DNA of 63,975 nt, the filler included, from Collodictyon triciliatum (taxonomy: Eukaryota), in the NCBI GenBank assembly GCA_043381765.1. It is 4 parts of 4 records of this genome, joined end to end, with 100 filler letters (N's around TTAATTAATTAA, not from the genome) between each part and the next. Parts side by side here need not be neighbours in the genome. Positions count along the whole stretch, not along the records: positions 1 to 23,445 come from JBHJMP010001019.1; positions 23,546 to 49,787 come from JBHJMP010001021.1; 2 more parts are not named here. One strand, 5' to 3'. Made by a program: the position numbers and the translations under genes. A model generated the notes under the pieces. The model was not told the DNA's origin. It searched no databases and worked only from the letters and a program-made list of their open reading frames with translations. Position 1 is the stretch's first letter; each line of letters opens with the position of its first letter. Shown here in pieces: positions 17,768-27,493 of this stretch.

Positions 17768-18601
17768 TTCTGGATTTTATAATATGAATACCAACTTGAT
17801 CATTATATGATGATTGAATCCAAATTTATACATGAAAATAATATAAAAGTATATATTATATATAACGTAAAGTACTTGCGTAAGTGGTGGCAGATAAAAT
17901 AGCCCGCTACCTGCAGCTCTTCCAGAACCGGATATTAATTCTGGAAGACAAAACATTTCAATTAAAACACTATTATCAACTCTGAGATAGGAGCACCACA
18001 ACCCCCCTCTGAGACTATCTGTATTACTATCAACAATTTTATTATCATCGTAAATAGTTATTAGCCGCAAATGCGCGAGATGGGTGCCAAGCGCCACCCA
18101 ACAGCACAGCACATGCAGCTCAAGCCAACGGTCTGACCTTATTCGGAAATAGGAAATTGCCATATTCGCAAAGGCCTCGGATACACCATTGCAGTTTCCA
18201 CATCAGGGTCGAGAGGCCAGCCCGGGGTAACTGCCATCTTCTTTGGCCAGCGGCGGAAGACAGGCCGGATAAAGTTGCCTTTCTGACCAATGCCGATGCG
18301 GTGTGTGAAGGCGTGCATATCTGCCGCGAACCTGTCTGCAGACTCGCAAAAAGTCTGTAGGGTCTCGGCTTTGTGGAATGAGAAAACAGAGCCAGGGTCA
18401 TGGGAGCGTCCTTCTCAGGCGCACTCCGCGCTGTCATCTTGGGAGGAGGGAGAGAAGACCAAAAGGAACAAAAGAAGACCAAACCCTAACCATCTTGCAC
18501 AAATTGAAAGGACGCATTAAAAAGAAGAAAAAGGAAAGTAGAAAAGAAGAAAAATAAAAAAAGAAGGTAAAAATTTCAGAACGGAGGTAAAACATGTAGG
18601 A

Positions 18602-18685
<84 letters not shown>

Positions 18686-18791
18686 TTTACGAGTTTGCGT
18701 TTCTCTTTTTCATCTTCTTTCCTCCTTCATTTTGTTTACTTGGCTGTGCTTTGAAGACAAGATCATCACAGCAGACGCAAAAGCGCATTGC

Positions 18792-21700
18792 ATGAAAGGA
18801 CGGCTTGGGCAGGACAATAGTGTGGTTTCATTCCGCTCGTCTGCGTCCACACTTCTTCCGTTTATAGAGTCGGCAGAGCCTGGGGAATCGGCTGATAACG
18901 AAGCAGTGCGTGGAGACTACCGCGAAGGTGATGTTGTTGAAGGCCAATGTGCACGTCCGGAGCCGCTTCGCATAGAATGTGATATGCACCCATTATCTCT
19001 TCGTTTTTATAAGGTTTGCTCTTCTTCTTTATCCCCTATAAATGTTGCTATATTCCTTTCCAAAAGTGACTGTTCTCGTCCTTTTCGTTTATCTTTTGAT
19101 GGCCATGTGTTGTCAATCATTCGTATGTTCCTTTGAGACTTAATCGAAGCTGGATTTAATTTTATAAAGCTTTTTTTTCTATTTAATGTGGTTACGTGCA
19201 AAATTGAATTAATTTGACGTATAGAATTCCAAGCTTGAGGCTCAGTTCAATGTGTTTCATGCAGATAGGCAGAAAAGAACTCTTCAAGGACTATATACAG
19301 CCATCGTGAGGATATCATTTTTGAATATGCATTTTGACGACTGCCCATTTTAATTTAATCTTTCATTCACATACATGATAATTTATCAAGTTTATAATTG
19401 CCAGCATTATCCTTGCTTCATTAAGTTAAATACAAAAGTGTACTCTTTATCCATATGTCGCGCTTATAATCCGATTATTTTCAGGTTTCTGTTCTATGCC
19501 TGACTCTTGGATTTAAGATTGCAGACGAAGTCGATAGCAATAGTGATAAAGTATTTGGTATTATACTAATGTCTGGATTTATCATATTGGCACCTGTTTC
19601 CATGCTTGTAGCTACATTTACTAGGTTCGCGCCATTAAATACATTTGTCCTAAAAGAACAATACAAATAATTCAGATTGGTTGCATTGCATTATGATTTT
19701 TGAAGCCAAACCCTCCACCATCTTGCACAAATTGAAAGGAATAAAAAATGATATATTTCTGCAGGTTCTACCGGAAAGCGTTTATCCCAGGCTCTATTCT
19801 CACAGGTGTCGTAGTTTCGGTTTTGTATATTCGGATTAATGTATGGAATGAAGATATTGATGAATCAGTCGATGTAGTCGTCTATCTCCTGTGTGGATTT
19901 AGTTTCTTGACGTGTCTCCAATTCCCATATGTGGTAAATACTAAGTCAAAGTTTCGACCTTTGTCCCTTTCAACAAAGCCCTTTTTCTTTCTATGGAGTA
20001 TTTTAAGAAGGGACTTGATCGATAGTTTTCTATTTTAGAACTATAATGATTTCAATATGAATGTAACAGGGAATTATGAACTCGATGGTTATTATAAATG
20101 CCATGATTGAGTGGTCTTCGTCTGGTTTACTGAGTGGGAATGATGAGAGAGTGAAAAAATTCTTCCGTATATTTATTACCGCTTTAATATTCTCTTTTTA
20201 TGCTTATCGGCGTGACTACCACTCCAGGTGAAACATTTGCACGATAATACTTAATTTTTTCCAGATTTTTTTCATGAATTCAGTTTTTATATTCACTGAA
20301 AAATTGCATCTCCTATCATAGGCGCAATTTCTTATCATTCTATCGCATTCTTTCTCATAACAAGGTAAGATAACTTCTGATTAATATGAACAGATACCTG
20401 ATAGCTCAAGGATAATTACTAGGAAGCTGAGTTTAATTGCATAAAATTACCCCATCTCCATATTCATTAGACTATGGGCGAACAGCTAGGCAGACAGAGG
20501 AGAAGTAGCATGTCAAAACCGAGCGATTCTGATGAAATGACATTAAAGAGAATAATTTATGCTCTTCGAGAAATTCGCCAAATCGCAGGTTTGAATGATA
20601 TATAGCCAAATCTCAATCGATCAATCAATCAATCAATCAACCAATCAACCAATCAACCAATCAACCAATCAACCAATCAACCAATCAACCAATCAACCAA
20701 TCAACCAATCAACCTGAGGGTAGAATTTCTAAGTATTTTCAAATAATTATTTAGCTATTATTGAAGGAAATAATGGTTAACTATAGCATTTAACCTTTAG
20801 TATCCAAGGAACTTATTGTGAAAGAAGCAATAACCAAGCTCGACGAAGCAGTTGACACATTGATTCGAAATCGTGACGTCTTTCTCCCAAATATCCCCCA
20901 TCAAATACTCTCAGGAAACATAAGTAATGAAATTATTATAATTTTTTTTGTTTACAATTGTATAAGGGAACTACTGTATATTTTGTCACGCTCATTGAAA
21001 GAAAAATTATTAAGGGAGGCATAAGAAATTTACTAATTTTATTTATTTATTTATGTTAGATGTTGAATCAGATATTTCGTCATGGCTTCTCACTGAATCT
21101 CCATCTCAGAAAGACTTACGTTCTCCAGAAGTCGTTCCTTCGGTTTGCATTTGCTTAAAGACTTTTCAGTTTACCAGACTTTATCATTACAATGGGAACA
21201 TGAGCGTATGTAAACACAACCATAATCAGGACTTCCCTCGTCGACCTTCTTTGGGGAATATCATTCGTGGGAGAAGAAAGTATACGTTTATATTTGATTT
21301 TGCATCGTAACTTAAAAAGATAGTGGTATGAGTGATACTCTACAAACTGAAACAGACATAGTTCCGATTTTTTAAAATAATTGGTTATCCATACAGCTCT
21401 GCAACGAAAGGTGTAGGGCTTCCACCTTTATCTATTCGCCCTCTCGGTGACTACGAATTAAATACAGAGTAAGCTAATCAGCAACTATGATAAAATGATT
21501 GGTCTAAGTATAATATTTTTAGGCCTATAGCTTATAATGTATGGCAGTCCTTGGAGAAAGAATTCAACAAACTTATGCTAATATGTTTTTTACATTATGA
21601 AAATAACCACATCTATGTAGAGAAACTGCTGCAATACTTGGGTTCTTGGATGTGAACGTCAATCAATGGGATTTCAACATATTCGAGTTCTCTGAAAAAT

Positions 21701-23178
21701 GTCGAGGTGTGACATTTAAATATCAATAAATGAAAATTTAAATGAAAATGATGAGACACCAACATTTCTGTCATAATATTTCGAAGGATGTTAAATTGTT
21801 CATTATAATACAAATTGCTAGCAAACTTTGAAAGCTTATAGAATTACCAAAAGAAATCGCACTTAATGTAATCCAGGTCGGCCACTTTACCATCTGGCTA
21901 GTTATCTTTTTAAGAAATATGATTTGTTAAAGAAATTTAATGTCGACCACAACAAGGTATTTATCATTTTACAATAATATTCCATCGCTACAACATCCGA
22001 CTCAAGTTCCTGAATCTAGTCTATGAGGTATCCAATTAATGTATATAAAAACTCTAGTTTGAAATGTTTCTGACTGTAATCGAAAATGGATATCATGGTG
22101 ATAACCCGTACCATAATTCCATCCATGCCGCAGGTTAATATATCCTATGGAAGCAACATTCTGTTTTTCAAGAGTATTTGCTTGAATTTGAATTTTTCAG
22201 ATTTTTAGATGAAAATTATATATGTTTCTTATTTACTGCGCATAGACGTTCTCCAAAGTACCCATCAGATTCTTGTTCAAAGCGGACTTGCTACGTATCC
22301 TTTAATTATGCCACCCTGGGTTTTTTTGTATACGATCTATATAAATTTATCCAATCAAGTTACACGTATGTAAGCCTTAATAGACTCAGATTCTTTGATG
22401 ATTCTGAAATTTTTGCGTTACTCATCGCTGCCATAGTACACGATATTGACCATCCAGTATATTAATTATCACTACTTTGTGAACAAGTTTGAGTTTGGCC
22501 CAGATATATGAAAAAGGAAAAGAAGGGGTAAAGGGACTTGTGAATTACTAGCCCTTATTTAAACTAGGGACGCACTAATATCTTCATGGTTGCAACAGAG
22601 TCGGAACACGCTCTTATATATAATGACAAATCTGTAAGTTCACGCTTTATTTAATTTCAACATCTTTTGTATAGTTTAGAGGATATAAACATTTATATGT
22701 AATTACTTTGAAGATATTTTGCCTTTTTTTTTTTTTTTGATAAAGACCCTATATGGTTAAGGTTTTGGAAAATCATCATTCTTCCACAGCCTTTCGTGTA
22801 ATTCGAGAATCTCGGTCGAACATACTTGAGTCCCTTCCAAAAGCAGAGTAAATATTATATATTACTTTTAATAATAATTAGATTATGTGTGCATTTTTAT
22901 TTCTTGTGCATAGGCTTTATTTTATTCTTTACATAGTTTTGCGTTTGCTCTCCACCATGCGCACCTATCTCGCCCCTTGTATGGCACAACCTCGCTGCAC
23001 TTTGAATCGAATAAAGGAATTTTTTTTAAAGATTTATTTTTTCTAAAAAAAAATAATTTGCAATTCCACTTAGTCGAAAGGCTCTTCGCTCTAGCATTAT
23101 CGAACTCATATTGGCAACTGATTTATCGCAGCATTTTGACATCGTCGCTAAATTTAAAGGGAAACTTGACTCAGAAGG
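18792..23178 (+). CDS. Class I 3',5'-cyclic nucleotide phosphodiesterase with an N-terminal multi-pass membrane region; 3' end lost in gap
   Basis: Spliced: WDFNIFEF..NPYHNSIHAADVLQ..LLIAAIVHDIDHPGRTN..YNDKSVLENHH..LILATDLSQHF. Hydrophobic exons lie at 19485-20227. Confidence 0.93.
22295..22389 (+). other. U12-type GT-AG intron
   Basis: 5' GTATCCTTT; branch GCCTTAAT about 9 nt before CAG; removal restores SGLATFFDDSEIFALL. Confidence 0.85.
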
Positions 23179-23445
23179 TTCATTATTTATCTACAAAGCC
23201 CCTTCATATGTATGTATATATATATATATATCATGTATCTAATATGTTAATGTAGCCAACAATTTGTTCGGAGGGAGTTTCTATATCACAGAAAAATTTT
23301 TACGTGATCAATATAATTTTTTCGTTGTTTTTTCCTTTCATTCTTCGTTCCCTTTTTCGCAAGAGGGGGGGGGGGGGGGGTTGGATTTTTTTTGTTACCC
23401 CCCGGTGGGGTTTTTTTTTTTAAATTGGTAAATTAACTTTTTTAT

Positions 23446-23545
23446 NNNNNNNNNNNNNNNNNNNNNNNNNNNNNNNNNNNNNNNNNNNNTTAATTAATTA
23501 ANNNNNNNNNNNNNNNNNNNNNNNNNNNNNNNNNNNNNNNNNNNN
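23446..23545. other. Scaffold gap with artificial TTAATTAATTAA linker
   Basis: An N-flanked six-frame-stop spacer; the same structure occurs at 49788-49887 and 60946-61045. Confidence 0.97.
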
Positions 23546-23695
23546 TTTCTCTCTTTTTTTTTCTCTCTTTTTTTTTCTCTCTTTTTTTTTCTCTCTTTTT
23601 CTATTTCAATTACCTTCATTCTCTATCCCTTTCTCTTTCTCTTTCTCATCTGAGAGCAATAACTTCCCGGTTATCTTATCTTTCTTTGTTTGCAG

Positions 23696-24994
23696 ACAAG
23701 TTCGCTGAAGCCTTGGAACTTCATCCCACTCGTATAACATACAAGGAAGCTGTACGCGTGAGTAAGAGAGCCCTGGATTATGCTGCCTGGGACTGTGTTG
23801 CTACTCTTAAAGGCTCAGACTCCCCTATCGAGGCAATCTCAGTCCTGAAAGATGGTCGAGTTTTAACCGGGAGTCGTGATGGAGTAATGAGAACCTGGGA
23901 CATTCAAAAGTAAGTCGCGCCTTCTCCATAGTGAAAGAAAATTGCCCGTATTTTTATTTTATCTTTCGATTATAAATATGGTTATAAATCTTAAATAAAA
24001 CCGATGGTGCATAACCATCCACAAATCTTACAAACATCGACCCGCCTCACTTGAACCCAGGAAACGCGTGCTTTCTGCATGGCAAGCATTTGACGTGCCA
24101 GTATGGAATATTCAATACATTCGCTGCGCCACGGGTGTCCTTGTGGTGACAAGCAGCGGCAGTCCCGACCGGACAAGCGGCGAAGTTCGCGCATGGAGGC
24201 TGCCAATGAGCGACCAGGAGCGTCAGCGACGCGAGCTACCCAGCACACCCGCAGAGGAGCACTCAGAAGGCGACAAAGCGGCAAGTAGAGAAGCTGGGCT
24301 GGAGACCAACACCTCCGTAGAGATTGAACCGCCCAACTCGCGGCTCATCCTGACCATCCGACTGGAACACAGTCCCGTTGTGCGTGCACTGTGCCACATG
24401 GAGGAGGACGACATGAGCTGCGGAGACGACCAAGGGCGGCTGTCTATCCTGCACGGGCATCGGACAAGCGTTGTGCGCGACTGGATGGGCCACTCCGGGC
24501 CTGTGACGTCAATTGCGTACGACGCCGAACGCCATGTCCTAATCTCCGGGTCGCGAGACCGAAACGTGCATGTGTGGGACCTGCGCACGGACGGCCGGCC
24601 AGCAGCGACAATTGCAATGCGCGACCCTGTAACCCGCCTGCGGCTTCGCTCTGGGACTCGTTCTGGGGACCAGGCCTTTGTTGCCATGGCCAATGGGGAC
24701 ATCGCGTGGGTGGACCTGCGTCGCCCGGCCGAGTTGCGCAGGGTATCTGGGCACATCGCAGGGGTGAACGACCTGTGCTTTGTGCCGTCCACAAACATAT
24801 TGTTTTCTGCATCGGCCGACCACGCTGTGCGGATGTACGACCCGGACGACCATCGCTGCTTCAAGGTTGCGGCTGCACACGAGGACGGAGTGACTGCGGT
24901 TGACTGGCATCAGGGCCACTCGGCATTGGTCGCTGCAGGAAGAGACCGCACGCTTCGAGTGTTTGCAGACGCAAAGAAGTGGCCTGTCAAGTGA
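23696..24994 (+). CDS. WD40-repeat protein, possibly with a preceding TPR-like segment (5' part lost in gap)
   Basis: Exons 23696-23909 and 24061-24994, with LTGSRDGVMRTWD, GHSGPVTSIAY..LISGSRDRNVHVWD and GHIAGVNDL..FSASADHAVRMYD. Confidence 0.88.
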
Positions 24995-25154
24995 AGTACA
25001 CATCCCGAGTGGCCATGCGCCCTCTGTCCGCCTATCTGTCTGTTTCTATCCCTTTCACCCTGTGTGTGGCGGTCCCTCTGTGGCCCTGCCCCAACCACCC
25101 CACATATAAACCAGAGAGCCCGCCGGGCAACACACCGCACGGAGGGGAGGGAAA

Positions 25155-25263
25155 GTGTGTGTGTCTGTGTCTGTGTCTGTGTCTGTGTCTGTGTCTGTGT
25201 CTGTGTCTGTGTCTGTGTCTGTGTCTGTGTCTGTGTCTGTGTCTGTGTCTGTGTCTGTGTCTG
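25155..25263. repeat. (GTGTCT)n microsatellite between convergent genes
   Basis: Directly visible. Confidence 0.95.
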
Positions 25264-25371
25264 CACGACTTTACTTTGCACAGAAGGCCTCTGCCTGGGG
25301 AGCCGTGCGGCCGCACAAGCGCCAAGGCGAGAGGGACTGGGAGAAGGAGAGGGAGGAGAGAAGAAGGGCGG

Positions 25372-26436
25372 CTACGCAGAGGCCGGGCGGCGGTCGGCAA
25401 ACCAGGGCGCAGGCAGCAGGTGCAGCAGCGGGTGGATGGAGAGCAGGCGGGCGGCGGTTGCGTCCCACTCAGGGCGGGGCACAAAGAGCGCGTGGTCCAG
25501 CAGGCGCAGCATCTGGCGCTCCAGCGTGGCGAGGCGGCGGGCCGTGTGCGGGGCGGGGCGGATGCGGTCCAGCGTGCGGGCCGTGTGGGCGACCGTGTGC
25601 GGCTCGTCACTCGTCAGCTTGGTTGACAGGACCAGCAGCGGGATGAAAACCGTCGCCACGTGGTGCAGCACAAAGGCTGCGTATGCCGGCCGCTGCAGCA
25701 GGCGGCTGAGCCACACGTACGCCACAAGCATCTCGTAGTCCCCGGCCCCTGTGTCCGGTGACAGGCCTAACCCGCCCCGCAGCGCACCCAGCCACTCCGA
25801 GACTGCCGGCCGCCCGTTCGAGCCGTTCTCCGAATCGCGGGGCCACAGCGGCCGGATGATGTCCTCTTCCTCCTCATCCTCATCCTCATCATCATCATCA
25901 TCATCGCCATTATCATCTCTTTGCTCGCTCTTGCGCTCGCTGCCTGTCCGGCGCTGTGTGCTGTGCAGGGCCATAAAGTCCTGCTCCAGCGGCGGCACCG
26001 CAAACAGCTGCGGCATCGACTCCATCTGCTCCAGCAAGCACTGCACAACCTCGAAGACCTGCGAATCCCTGTCCATCAGGAAGTCCGGCACAGCCCACAC
26101 ACGCCACGCGTCCGTCTCGCCCTGCGTTGTGCACATCCCCCGGCTTGCGTTGTCACTTCCTCGCCGTCTCTCGGTCTTAGCCAACGGCAGTTGTCGGCTT
26201 GGCTTCTGCGGGCTTGGTTGAGATGGTGGTGCCGGTTGCGGTTGGGTTGGCCGGATTGGTTGGGGTGGGTGTGCTTGTCCTCTGTTTGGTTGTGATGATG
26301 GCTTTTGTTGCTGCTGGCTTGGCTGTGTTGGTGGCTGCGGTGCGATGCGGTTGCGCGGTGTAGGTCGGGTGGGTCTGAACAGATCGGCAAGATACTGGAA
26401 TAGTGAGCGGCGTCCTGATTCCATCAGAACCAACAT
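25372..26436 (-). CDS. Uncharacterised protein, at least 354 aa (P/Q-rich linker, acidic tract, helical C-terminus)
   Basis: A long uninterrupted GC-rich ORF with protein-like composition; upstream exons are possible. Confidence 0.65.
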   Translation of the reverse strand: MLVLMESGRRSLFQYLADLFRPTRPTPRNRIAPQPPTQPSQQQQKPSSQPNRGQAHPPQPIRPTQPQPAPPSQPSPQKPSRQLPLAKTERRRGSDNASRGMCTTQGETDAWRVWAVPDFLMDRDSQVFEVVQCLLEQMESMPQLFAVPPLEQDFMALHSTQRRTGSERKSEQRDDNGDDDDDDEDEDEEEEDIIRPLWPRDSENGSNGRPAVSEWLGALRGGLGLSPDTGAGDYEMLVAYVWLSRLLQRPAYAAFVLHHVATVFIPLLVLSTKLTSDEPHTVAHTARTLDRIRPAPHTARRLATLERQMLRLLDHALFVPRPEWDATAARLLSIHPLLHLLPAPWFADRRPASA

Positions 26437-27493
26437 CCACGAGCGCCTGTGTATAGCCTAATATTTTTGTTCGGAGGTCAATAACACTAAAAATAATAAT
26501 AGCGAAAAAATAATGAGAAGTAGAACACAGCGGGGAGCTTATGGCCCGAAAGGAACTCTGATTCTGCCTCTCCAAAAGTGGGGCTCAGGGAAGACATGCG
26601 ATAGACATAACCTTCTCCACATAACCAGCATGCCCGACCAAAGGCCCACCCACGGCGATTTTTTCTCACAAGGGGTGGGCTTTGGTCTCGCTTAGAGCAA
26701 CTCGCGGAGGCCTCACCCCTGCGGTGCGTTCCGTTGCGCCCACCTTGATTTTTTTGGTTTGGTTTGCCGATCTATGGAATTCTTCGTTCGCCTCTGCTTG
26801 TGCAATTAATTCGGTGGTGATTCGGTTTCGATGATGCTGATTGTTTTCAAAGATTCCGCACGGAAGCGGGTATTGGGCCTTCCCTTTGGCTTGTTTTGAA
26901 CCAAATAAAGGGAGCAACACAATCGCTTGTTTTTCAAAGGCCATACCTGGAACAGCATTTCCAAGCCGAAACCATAAACAGAATCCCTCTCTTGCTTTTC
27001 AGAAATGTTCTTTTTCAATCAGCCTAAATAGGCCGAGATGCTCATACCCAAATATAGCTATTCATATTTAATTTAAAGATATATATCCTTTATTAGAAGA
27101 CAAATTTGTATAAAATAGAAGTACTCTCGACCAAGAAGTTAACAAAGAATGGAGGAGAGGTAAAATTGATTTATATAAATTATATGTTAATATAATAGAT
27201 TTATAATAATTAAATAATCTTTATGAAGCGTCTATAATAATGATAGCAACATTTATAAATTCAATTCCACATTTATTGTATTGGTATCAAAGTATGGTAT
27301 TTTGCAATCTTTTTTTTCCGGCAACGATCTAGGCGCTGCATCTCCACATCTCACTCGCTCCGATCGGGCGGTTTGCGCAGCCCAGACAACACGGCACCTA
27401 CCTTGTCCTCTGACTCGCAACGACCCTCCTCAAACTGAGCTTCTCAGAAAAGGATCATAATCCATAGTACCTCTGCGCTTGCATATTGCGTTC

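Noticed and set aside
18481-18490. AAACCCTAAC as an interstitial telomere repeat
   Set aside because: A single unit, and part of the dispersed element described above.
23490-23501. Palindromic TTAATTAATTAA between N runs (also 49832-49843 and 60990-61001)
   Set aside because: An artificial six-frame-stop scaffold linker. Adjacency across these joins should not be trusted.
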